A DNA stretch of 63,957 nt, filler included, from Aduncisulcus paluster (Eukaryota): the NCBI GenBank assembly GCA_024181965.1. It is 13 parts of 13 records of this genome, joined end to end, with 100 filler letters (N's around TTAATTAATTAA, not from the genome) between each part and the next. Parts side by side here need not be neighbours in the genome. Positions count along the whole stretch, not along the records: positions 2,289 to 15,184 come from BQXS01011667.1; positions 15,285 to 17,408 come from BQXS01011668.1; positions 17,509 to 26,301 come from BQXS01011669.1; 10 more parts are not named here. The stretch is one strand, 5' to 3'. A program made the position numbers and the translations under genes. The notes beneath the pieces are model-generated. The model made no database searches and was not told the origin of the DNA. It worked only from the letters and a program-made list of their open reading frames with translations. Positions 11,291 to 23,500 of the stretch are shown here, piece after piece (within the stretch, counting starts at the first letter, position 1; the number at the start of each line of letters is the position of its first letter).

Positions 11291-13904
11291 ATGAGTGGTG
11301 ACTTTTATGGACGTAGAGAATCAACTGATATGTATGATTTAATGCCAACTGTGCAAGAAAGTGGAGGTTATGATGAAGGAGATGAATTTGATCCATATGG
11401 AATGGGAGATATTCCTGGTTTTGATGAAGAAGAAGAATTGAGAGCTGAAGAAGAAAGGAGATTGGAAGAAGAAAGAAAAAGAAAAGCAGATGAAGAAAAA
11501 AGAAAATTGGCAGCCCGTAAACAAAAAGAAGCCGAGCGGAAAAAGCAGATGAAAAAGGTTGCTGAACAACGAAGAAAAGAGAAAGAGGAAGAGGAGAAAC
11601 GTCAGCAAGAAGAGGAAGAACGACGCAAAAAAGAAGAGGAGGATAAAGATGATCCTTNNNNNNNNNNNNNNNNNNNNATATGGAATGGGAGATATTCCTG
11701 GTTTTGATGAAGAAGAAGAATTGAGAGCTGAAGAAGAAAGGAGATTGGAAGAAGAAAGAAAAAGAAAAGCAGATGAAGAAAAAAGAAAATTGGCAGCCCG
11801 TAAACAAAAAGAAGCCGAGCGGAAAAAGCAGATGAAAAAGGTTGCTGAACAACGAAGAAAAGAGAAAGAGGAAGAGGAGAAACGTCAGCAAGAAGAGGAA
11901 GAACGACGCAAAAAAGAAGAGGAGGATAAAGATGATCCTTCCCATATTGAAGAAAGATTGCGTGAGCTCTCTGTCCAATATCCTGATGTTGCTCCTCCTT
12001 CTCTCGTTAAGAAATGTAAAACATTAAGTGATAACTCCAACACACTTCAAGTAATAACAGCTGGGCATGTTGACGCAGGTAAATCAACTCTCATGGGCCA
12101 TTTGATGCTACTTTGTTCTCGTCTATCCTCATCTGAGCGCCATTCACTCAAAAAACTCAGCCAAGCTGCTAAAGATAAAGGCAAAGAGAGTTTTGTATTT
12201 GCATGGACACTTGATGATGATGAAATGGAGAGGGATCGTGGTGTTACCGTCGATGTTGCTCACACTCATTTCACCATCCCATCTACAATGTCTGGTCTTG
12301 ATGAAGATAAAAAAGATATTCAAGATAGGAGTGTATTCCTTAGAGATGCCCCAGGCCATCGATCATTCGTACCAAATCTAATCACCAAGGCTCAGGCTCC
12401 TGATGTTGGAGTTCTCGTTGTGGACTCTGTTGAACAGGAGCTTGTTGCAGCCTTGAGTGCTGAAGGCCAATGCTGGGAACATATGCTCTTGCTTCGTGCA
12501 GTAGGAGTTCAACGTCTTATTGTCTGTGTGAATAAGCTTGATCGTGTGGATTGGTCTGAGGTTACATACGCGCATGTGTGTTCTACTCTCAAGAAATACC
12601 TCAAAAAAGCTGGTTTTGATGTCAGGGATGAATCTGAACAGGTTGTATTCATTCCAATTAGTGGATATCATGGTGTTAATCTTATTCCTGAAAGTTCCCG
12701 TGCCAGGATTGCTGAAACCTTTGGTTCAGAAGAAAGCAAAGGGTCTGAAGATACTGATGAAGAGTCATCATCTTCTGCTCCGACTCTTGTGCCCCCCGCT
12801 CTCTCCTCTGTTATGCCTTGGTATGATGGTCCTTCCCTTGCCACCCTTCTGTTTAATGCTCCAATCCAGCCCAGACTCCTCGAACATCCCTTCGTCTGTG
12901 TCGTCAGCGATGTTAGTAAGGCCAAGTTTAGTGGAAAGAGTGTTATGTCAGGTCGAATCGCAAGTGGATGTCTTGTTGAGGGTGAAGTTCTCGTCCTTTT
13001 GCCTTTCTTGCGTCTTCTGCGTGTCACAGCAATTGTAGATAATACATGTGGTGTGGGTAAGCCTGTTACACGATGCTATGGAGGCATGTACGTGAGTTTA
13101 TCGTTCAAACCTCTTGGAGCGAGTGAAGGGTTTGGAGGTGGTTATTCCGAAGAGGAGATTGAAGGAATGGTGAAGAGTGGATGTGTATTGTGTAGACCTA
13201 GTCAGCCCGTGAGAGTGTCCAATAGGTTAACCATTCAAGTGAGGACAACAGAACTCGAGCACGTTTTGTTGAAAGGAGAAAGGGTCGATATGTTCATCCA
13301 CTCAATGTGGTCTTGTGGTTTGCTCAAACGGTTTGTTTCAGAAATGAATAACAAAGGTGTTGNNNNNNNNNNNNNNNNNNNNACAGCAATTGTAGATAAT
13401 ACATGTGGTGTGGGTAAGCCTGTTACACGATGCTATGGAGGCATGTACGTGAGTTTATCGTTCAAACCTCTTGGAGCGAGTGAAGGGTTTGGAGGTGGTT
13501 ATTCCGAAGAGGAGATTGAAGGAATGGTGAAGAGTGGATGTGTATTGTGTAGACCTAGTCAGCCCGTGAGAGTGTCCAATAGGTTAACCATTCAAGTGAG
13601 GACAACAGAACTCGAGCACGTTTTGTTGAAAGGAGAAAGGGTCGATATGTTCATCCACTCAATGTGGTCTTGTGGTTTGCTCAAACGGTTTGTTTCAGAA
13701 ATGAATAACAAAGGTGTTGTCATTCAAAAGAAACCTAGGAAAATTTCAAGCAACACAAATGCTATCGTTAGAGTTCAGACGGATGATGTTGTACCCATGC
13801 TCCCGCATTCTATTCATCCTCTTATGGGTCGGATTGTGTTAAGATTAAATAGTCGAACCATTGCCATTGGAGTTATTACTGAAACTCATGATGTTAAAAT
13901 TTAG
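11291..13904 (+). CDS. HBS1: HBS1-like translational GTPase (about 657 aa after collapsing two gap-flank duplications)
   Basis: GHVDAGKSTLMG, GKESFVFAWTLD..ERDRGVTVD, DAPGH, NKLD, EF1A-like domains II/III. 11395-11657 equals 11678-11940 and 13026-13362 equals 13383-13719; removing the duplicates and Ns gives a 1974-nt frame. Confidence 0.9.
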
Positions 13905-14249
13905 GAAAAGAGATCGCTTTTCTCTGTCTTTTTTGCGAATATGTTTTAACCAATATTATCGAATTAAAAGCAAATATTAATAACGATTTAATATTAGTTA
14001 TTATGTATTCTGATTATTGGGTTAGAAATTACATTATATTAAATTTCGTTTTCAATCCTTAAACGCTTGTCCACAATGACATAAAAGCATGAAAATACAT
14101 TTAAAATTGCTTTTAATTAAAAATATTTGATAGATACTGTGAATAAAATTGATCATCTTCATGTGAGTTTCGATTCCTTTGTTTTGATTGTGTTTTAAGA
14201 AGAGTTATTTTTTAATTATAATATATCATAGTTTCTATTAATTTTATTT

Positions 14250-15184
14250 ATGAATATACTTTGTTGCATTGATAGTTTTAAAGGAACAGCGTCTTCAAGA
14301 GAGTTGGTTTCTGCCATGGCTGATGTATTGAAAACTGATTATAAAGATAAATTTCTTTTTTCACCGCTCGTGTTTAGTGACGGAGGAGAGGGTTTGCTTG
14401 ACTGTTTTTCGAATATTGATATTATCGTTCGTGAAGTTGTTGGGCCTCTTCCATCCATGAAAGTAGATGCTAAATTTGGAATTTCAAAAGATAAATCATT
14501 TGCCGTGGTAGAAATGGCTGAAGCTGCAGGTTTATTCCTTGTCTCTAAAGAGAAACGTAATCCCCTAAATACCACAACATATGGTGTTGGAGAGTTGGTT
14601 CGGCATGCCATTGTTGAATTTGGAGTTAAAAAAGTGATCATCGGTGCTGGTGGAAGTGCAACAGTTGATGGTGGTAGTGGATTTTTGCAAGGCTTGGGTT
14701 GTGAATTCTTCGATCAAACTGGTGAGAAAATTTCTTCCCCACTCACCGGTGCCATAATTCATACCATAAAACATTTCTCTCTCTCTCATTTGAAATTTCT
14801 TGATGAAGTTGAATTTGTTGTTCTGAGTGATGTGGACACCCCATTATCGAAGTGTGCCCAAGTCTTCGGACCGCAAAAGGGGGCTTCTCCAGCGGATGTT
14901 AAGTTCCTCACTTCATCTATTGCTTCTCTTGGATGCAATGCATATTGTCCTATCCTCCCAAATGCTATGGATCTAGTCGGAGGTGGAGCTGCTGGAGGTT
15001 TGAGTTTAGCCGTCTCTCTGTTAGGAGGCCATATAGAAAAGGGGGCCGCATATGTGTGGAATATGGCGAAAGGTGATGAAAAGCTTGCCATGGCTGATGT
15101 TGTAATCAGTGGAGAAGGGTGTTTCGATGCCACTACACAAGAAGGGAAGGTAATTGATCTGGTTAAGAGAAAAATTATTGACTG
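14250..15184 (+). CDS. Glycerate kinase, class I (GarK/GlxK type), 3' truncated
   Basis: DSFKGT, SDGGEG, VEMAEAAGL, RNPLNTTTYGVGEL, GGSATVDGGSG, VFGPQKGA, GAAGGL, SGEGCFD..T..GK. Confidence 0.93.
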
Positions 15185-15284
15185 NNNNNNNNNNNNNNNN
15201 NNNNNNNNNNNNNNNNNNNNNNNNNNNNTTAATTAATTAANNNNNNNNNNNNNNNNNNNNNNNNNNNNNNNNNNNNNNNNNNNN

Positions 15285-17408
15285 TGGAGAACATGGAAAG
15301 GAGCATGGACCAGTATTTGGATCCCCATTCATGATGTTTCCTCTTTATAACTTCAAACCACACATCAAGAAGATCATTAACATTATCATAGATTTCAACA
15401 GCATGTGAGGAATCGCAACATAGGTTGGAGAAGAAGAATAGAACATGTTCTTGCATATCCTCAACAATCTTATCCCCAACAAACTCTTTCTTAACAACAT
15501 CAAGAACAGGGTGGAAGAGAGGCCAAGCTTCAGAACAAAGGGATTTCTCATGAATTGAATTATCACTTGAGAGGGTGATTTTTGAAAGAATAATCATCAA
15601 TCTTCCATAACACTTACTATTGTTGTATATCCTCAACCAATCTCTGATATATGGTTTGATGAGGGTGAGAATAGAAGATCGAGTGGAAAATGAACGAAAA
15701 TTAGAGATGTTACATATAGTATTTAATAAATCCCGAGCAACATTCCCTCCCAACTTTTTCTTACTTCCTCTCTCAAGAATACGTTGGAAAGTGGGGGAGA
15801 TCTTTGGAAGGAAGGAATCCCATTTATCTTCAACTCTAGAAGTATAACACATACAAATATCACAATACTCTTCATCAACATCTCCATCCAACACTTTCTC
15901 ACATCTTGATAGATGATCAATGAAAGTGTCAATGAGATCATTCAGATCAGGAATAGAAAGATAGATATTATTTCCAGAAATAAAATGTTGTACAAACAAT
16001 TTTAAACACTGAGTACAAAGAATAATCTCTCTCTTGTGTTCTTTAATCTCATTATTATTAGTTTGGTAGGCAATAAAAACTGAGAGAATCTCATTCCTTC
16101 GTTCCATATAGAGTTTGGAAATTGTTTTTATGTCGTGGCATTTCTTGATTCTTTCAATTAATTTAAGAAACCTGAGTATTAAATTACAATTCTCAAGATA
16201 TCTTGTATAATCTCCATTCAAACCGCCATTTTGAAAGCACCATTTCATCTTGGTATCATATTTAGGAGATATGCGAGGAACAAGAGATGAAACAGGGGAG
16301 AACATGGAAATGAGTCTGAACCAGTATACTATTCCCCATTTATGTTTTTCCTTCTTTATAACCATAAACCACCCATCAAGAAGATCCTTAACATTATCAT
16401 AGATTTCAACAGCATGTGATGGATCACAACATAAGTTGGAGAAGAACCATAAAACTTCTTCACAATTATCCTCAACAATCTTATCCCCAACAAACTCTCT
16501 CTTAACAACATTGAGAACAGGGTGGAAGAGAGGCCAAACATCAGAACAGATGGATTTGTTGGGGGTTGAATAATCACTGGAGAGGGTGAAGGTGATTTTT
16601 GATAGAATAAACATCCAATTTCCATAACACTTACTATCATTGTATATCCTCAACCAATCTCTGATATATGGTTTGATGAGGGTGAAAATAGAGGATCGAG
16701 TGGAAGAAGAGGGAGAGCAGGAAATATTTCTAAGAGTATTTAATAAACCTAGAGCAACATCACCTCCCAACCTCTTCTTGTTTCCTCTCTCAAGAATACG
16801 TTGGAAAGTGGGGGAGATCTTTGGAAGGAAGGAATCTCTTTTATCTTGAACTAAACCAGAATAATTGATACAAATCATACAATACTCTTCATCAACAACT
16901 CCATCCAAGACTTCCTCACATCTTGATAGATGATCAATGAAAGTGTCAATGAGATCATTTAGATCAGGAATAGGGAGAAAGACAATATTTTCAGAAATAT
17001 CATGTCTAACAAACCATCTTAAACACTGAATACAAAGAATAATTTCATATCTATGTTCCTTAATCTCATCAGTGGATTGATATGCATGAAAGAGAGAATA
17101 AATCTGTGGAACATGTTCGTAATAAAGTTTCGATGTAGATTCGCGGTTAGGTAAACTCTTGATCCTATCAATTAGTACATGCCACTTTTTCAGAGAAGGA
17201 TTACAATTACCAATATATCTTGAATAATCTTCATTATAAGCCCCATTATTCTTGCACCATACCATGTTGGCATCATATCTGGGAGATATGTGAAGAACAA
17301 GAGATGGAACAGTGGAGAACATGGAAAGGAGCATGGACCAGTATTTGGATCCCCATTCATGATGTTTCCTCTTTATAACTTCAAACCACACATCAAGAAG
17401 ATCATTAA
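15285..17408 (-). CDS. Fragment of a lineage-specific helical repeat protein with about 340-aa tandem units (open at both ends)
   Basis: Stop-free frame across the contig. Two diverged units share IPDLNDLIDTFIDHLSRCE, FLPKISPTFQRILERG and WPLFHPVL. The first and last 96 nt are identical. Confidence 0.85.
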
Positions 17409-17508
17409 NNNNNNNNNNNNNNNNNNNNNNNNNNNNNNNNNNNNNNNNNNNNTTAATTAATTAANNNNNNNNNNNNNNNNNNNNNNNNNNNNNNNNNNNN
17501 NNNNNNNN

Positions 17509-20500
17509 CAAGGTCAAGTACCCAACACATAACACTCCACGCAGCCATACTCTCGTTGAAATTAATCAGTCGAGAGTACCACTGGGACGGTTGAGTGATT
17601 TGCACGGATCGACTGATGGATTGATAGGCCTCAATTCCTAACTTTGGAGGAGATTCACGGACCAGTTGAGCATATTTCTTTGGATTATAATGCAGTGGAC
17701 ATTCCTCTTGTGAGAAATACTTTATATATTCACGCTCAGCATGTTTTTTTGGACCTGGACCCATGTGATGTTGAATACACCTCATCAGTGAGGAGACATT
17801 TGGAATAATTTCGACAATACCACAGGGATATTGCTTTCGTTTCTTCTCAACACGGATCATACCAAGAGACACACAAGCAAATACACTGAAACGATATCTA
17901 ATTGGAGTCTTATCAGGTAAAATTGATCCAGATTCATATTCTTGAGCGGTTTTACCAGAGGTTTCTGACACATTTGAGGGGAGATCATAACTCATCGATG
18001 AACAAAATAACTTGTTCGCAAAGAAGGCACAATCAGTCACTCTTCCATCTTTGATAACATTATCGCCCGGTTTCAAAAGGAGCTGAATGGAGCTTCCATT
18101 TGTAAGATTAAGAGTTATCATAACAGGATGAGCCTTACTTTGCATCACCTTCACATCGTTATTAAATGGAGCAATCATATTTAAAGCCATGCTCGGATCC
18201 ATCATGTCTTCGCTTGCAATGCCAGATTCTGGAAGGAACAATGCAGCAACAGGGGGGAAAACAACAGGGAGATTGCCAGTATCGATTTGATCTGTTTCAC
18301 CACTCACAGCCCTATCCACAAAACGTTTGAAAAATTTGGAACACAACGCAAGGCTCTCACGTACTTTTCGAGAAGATACAGCAGGCTTCCCTTTTTGGGA
18401 GAAACTAACAAGTATTGGAGCCAATGCCCCGGTTAGAGAGGCATGAAGCTGATCAGTGAGAGGTAGAGATAGTTGAGGAACGAGTCTTGACGCCTTCATG
18501 AATTCACAAGTGTTACATGGAGCAATTAGTTTCCAATACAACGCCTGAGGGAATTTATCTTTGAGGATTGCGAGAACTTGTCCACATGTCCGTGTAAAGT
18601 TATTTCGGAGAATCCACCAGAATTTGTGGGATTTTTGGGAAGGATCTGTAGCTGGAAGAACGTGCACATCCTTATCCGATTGAGTCGTTTGTGTGTCTGT
18701 GTGTTGACTCGACAGATGGACAGACATTCTGAGCATTGCTTGCATAGACGTGATGAGAGAAGGAAGAGCATTGAGCCAGAGTTTTGGGGGTAATCTTATC
18801 ACTGGACAAGGAAGAGACATGAGAGTTTGGGAAGCTGATTCACGCTCTTTGCGAGATGCAGATGGGGATGCAGACACAACAGATTGATGGAAGGAATAGA
18901 ACGGACCCATTCCAAGAGCTATCAAGGATTGACGAACACTTATCGCAACAGACGCCCATCGTTCCTTCAACGAATCCCTGGATTGCATTATGCTACGTAC
19001 CTGTTTTAACATGTCGATTTGACCCTTCAAAACTTGGGTGAAATCGAAGACCAACCCCATCCACAGATGAGTTACCTTACTGCTGACACTCTGAAGCTGT
19101 TCAGCATCATGAGATACACACATGGAGGCTGCATGGAAACATTGTTGGGACGCAACTACAGCACGTTCGAGGGCAGTGCTGAATCGAACCAGGAATTTAT
19201 CAAACCCGTGGGAAGCATCGAGAGCTTGTAATTCAAACTTAGCCTTTTCCATGGAACTCTGAAGTATCACACTGTTTACATTAAGATGAGTGGAATAGAA
19301 CAGAGCAATGTCATGGGATGAGGATCCTTGAAGAGCAACTGGGATGCTAGATTGATGATATCCATCATCGATTGATTCAGTGTGTGCAGAATCAAAGAAG
19401 TCCCATTGTTCAATCGGATTAGAAAAGAAAAGAGCAGATGGGGATGTCACATGCAACAATACATGCTCAAGCTTCGAGGGTGTCAGTTTCACAGATAATC
19501 TATTTCGTACAGAAGATCCATAAGACTCGATCTTATGATCGTGGTCTTTCCTGATCTCTTCGATGTCAGAATCAGAATCATCGACCAAGACTCCCTCACT
19601 CTCCTCCTCTTCATCTTTTCTGGGGATAATTCCACTTGCCACATCACGATCAACTTGCCCAATATCTGTTCCCTTGAGAGAGAGAAGAGAGGCCACGGGT
19701 ACAGTGAAGACAGACTGGAAGTGGCTCAAATGCATTGAAGCACTCGAACTATCACCTTTTCTCATCATGTCTATCCCCGTATAGATGATACTTTTTGTAT
19801 GGGAGTGGGAAAGGGTGTACATAAGGGAAAAGAGAGAGGAAATGGACTTCCAAGAGAGTTTCTCGGCCAATAACGACTGTGGGATGAAACATGACTCTGA
19901 GATCCTGCCTGATTTCAAATTAGACTGCCGTCTCTCTTCTTTGGCTTTGACTTGAGCTTCTCGACAGACAACATGGAAAGCCTCTTCATCCCCAATCTTT
20001 GGAAAGGAATTATAAAAGAACGATATCAAATAATCACGTACCTTTTCGCTCCCATTTGAAATGGTAAGAGAATCAATTGATTCAAGTTCACCAATCACAA
20101 TATCATCCAGAATCTGTGGTTTAAAATTCTCCAATAAAATAGCACGATGCTCAAGAAGAACGGCCATTTCACTGATTATAGACTTCTTTTCACAATGGCC
20201 AGTCCTTTCCCTTCCTGAGGAATTTTTATCGCATGTGCCATCTGAATTGGCACCAATTGACTTAGTGATATGAGGTACATTCAATATATGCCTTACAAAG
20301 GATGTTTCAACATCATGCCGAGCTGCTACAATATTGTTCTCCCCTGATTCTCCACTCCAAGCCCTCGAGGAATGTCGATTCCCTGTAGTTGATCTTTCTT
20401 TTGATATCATGTCATCCCATTTCCGCATATCCTTCTCCCACTCCTCTTCAATACATTCCCATCCACCAGTGTCCAAAAGTTGCAGACATTCACCAATTGC

Positions 20501-23500
20501 ATGTAAATGTTTGCGAAGAAAAGGATTATTCTCAAATTTGAATGAAGGACGATTGGATATAGTATGAGAGGAGTGCATTTGCCCATTAAAGGCTCTCATT
20601 TGGAAGGAAGAGTAGAGAAGAGGGCATTCACTATGGATACTCACACCAATTACCCGGTGACCCTTCACAGAAGACGAGCTAGAATCCTTATGGGTGTATG
20701 ATCCCCTAAACAGTCTTTCATCGGGACGAGAGTCGGTTGATAGCATTCTTTTGAGGCCAGGATGGTACTCTGGGATCATTGCTCCATGATTGGCACCACT
20801 ATTGAGAGTCCTATGAACGGAATATAGAGAGGCGAGGAAGAACCCAGCATTGTTGAAGATATTCAACTTAAGAGGTTCAGGAAGAGGAATAGAGGAAAGA
20901 TTGAAGATATGAAAAGCAGACAATGAAATATATTTACACACATTCACATATCTTGGATATTGACACGAAGAAGAGGAAGAGATGTTTACAAAACCAAGAT
21001 CTACTTTGCTTTTGCACTCACGACAGCCACAAAGATCTCTGGCGACTTCTTCACAAGCGATTCCACACCCACTCCTAAGTTCTTTCTTGACACTGTTGAA
21101 TATATCATCCCATGTGTCCTTCTTCTTGAATATTTGCAGGATATATAGCAATAATGAGCAGAGGGAGAGGGCAATCATCAGGCAGAAAGGGGCCATTGGG
21201 AGTAATATGATGACCATCTGATAGATCCTTGCAATTGGAGGAGTGAGAATGGGTGGAATGGGGAAAGACTCGGACGAAAAGAATCCCTTTGTCTTTAATA
21301 TAGTTCCCTTGGGGATAATTCCATCCCTTCCTTTCTCAATGAACTCCGAAGACATGTGGTCACATATGAATGTGCAAAGACTGTATATCCACAATGCACA
21401 CGTCTCATGGGATGATGTGGAGCCATGCTGACAATGCATCAAAGCGGATATCAAGTACGGGGACAAGGGTGCAATGTGGGGGGGAGGAATACGTGTGGGT
21501 CCACTTGGTGAAGACCCCTTTGCAAGTGGAGAGGATGAAATTGGGAGTTGAAAAGGTTGTAATGGATTCCACCACTTTCCTATGTGGAGTTGGTTAAAAT
21601 GCCTGAATGTCTCTACTCTCGGAAGATGATCAGTCTTTAAAATCCTCACAAGATCTTGGTCAAAAGAAGCGATGAGCTTGGACACACTGGATAGAGAGAA
21701 GAATAAGGAGTGAGGATGTTGTGATTGGGAGATCATTGGAAACACAAGCTCTTCCAATAACACTTTAGCTATGACAATAGCAGAGTTGGATGATACGTTG
21801 GATATTTGTTCGATAATAACTTCTTCGATCCGGGCATTCTTAAGCTCATCCCCAATGATATTAATAGGATAAAGATAATGGTTATCTTCGTGATCCCTCT
21901 CAGAGGTCTGGTGAACCCCACTGAAAGCGGAATACCGCAATGGAGAGGATCGAAAGGCCTGTATGATCCCTTCAATACACCAAGTAGAAATTCGAGTGAT
22001 TAAACAGTCAGTCTGGGCACAAATTGAGAGAGCAAACGTGCAATTCTTCATCATGGATGCCAAGGAAGTCCATGGAATCACTTTGTCCGAACTCTTTGGA
22101 GGCAATGAAGAACTTTCCTCAGCCAAGGAGTTTCTCAAAACAGATCCATCCGAAATATCAGATGTCACTGATCCCTTTTTGAGTAGATCAACATAGAACA
22201 CTCCAGACAAAGAAATACTTGGGTGAACATCCCTGAGGCAAAGATATAATCCGTGGCGAAACAAGAAGAAGAGCACATTGAAAAGAGTCAAAGAGAGTAA
22301 ATGATCGCTTGAGACCTTATTTGAGGATTTTAAGGCATCAACATTCCTCACAAATTCCTCAACAATCTCATAGTTCCATCTCTGAACAACATGGGAGTGG
22401 ATGAGAGAATCAAGACAAACACAGACCTCAGAATCTGGAAGATCTGCTATTTTTAGAATGTCTGGATTCGTGTGGTTTGAGGAACCCTTAGTAAGTTGAG
22501 AAAGAATAGATATTAAGGAATGTCTTGTGTAATATGGACTCACAGCAGAGAGGATATTTTTAGAATGAGAAAGAGAGGATTGAGATGACGAATGAGCTGA
22601 ATTAGATTTGATTTTGTTCATTGGGGCCCCATGTCCATCAACCAGAAGGATGCACGTAGCCCCTTGACACTCTCTACGCAACATATCCTCACACTCGGAT
22701 ACGTCAACCTGGAGGAAGAAAGATATGAGCAATAAAGCACATAGACGAGCGATGGAAGAAGGACTGGATAATGAAATATATCGACATAGCAGAATGCATT
22801 GACGATTAACTTCAGAATCACGACTAGCTATCAGCTTCAAGAGTTGGGAAAATTCAATATACAACTCAGGAAATCTTTCCAATGTTGACATGAAGAGCAA
22901 CAAGAAGGTCTTAGAAAGTAGATTGAAGAAGAGATTGGACTCGATTGAGAAAGATACAAATTTCAATTGTTTAAGGATACATAATGCAGTCTTACATGTA
23001 ATATTTTGACGCATTGCATCAGAATACTGATTATTATACAACTTTCTCACGGATATAAATAGTTCGGTACATAATTGGAGGGCAAAATTACACACGTATG
23101 GAACAGCCTTCCCGAGAGAATATTCTGTTAGTTTCTGAGACACAGATAACGACAAGGAACTCCCACCTCTCATTCCAGAAGTCCCATGAGAAGCACGGAG
23201 TTTCAGCAGAGCGCTATCTTTACCTTTACCTCCTGAGGACCTATCAGCTTCAGTGTCATCATTATCTGAAGCAAATAATTCAATGATTGCCCGATGGCAG
23301 ACAATGGCCCCTTCTTCCGGCATTCCCCAGCAGAGTGCGGTGGGAAACATGTCAGCAAAAGACACAATGGGAGAGAGATTAATCTCAAACTTATGTCCAC
23401 CAGCTCTCCCAAATCTTCCCTTACATTCCTCTTCTTGGTCCATCCCCCCATTCTCCTCTCTCTTCCTTTCCTTCTCTCTCTCTCCTTCTTCCTCCTCTTC

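Noticed and set aside
11395..11940. Apparent tandem duplication and frameshift in the HBS1 N-terminus
   Set aside because: Identical 263-bp copies flank a 20-N gap; scaffolding artefact.
11130..11978. Long antisense ORFs (also 34333-34773, 45738-46415, 59178-59924 and others)
   Set aside because: Shadow or alternative frames of clearly identified or low-complexity genes.
13026..13719. Apparent duplicated domain II/III in HBS1
   Set aside because: Identical 337-bp copies flank a 20-N gap; artefact.
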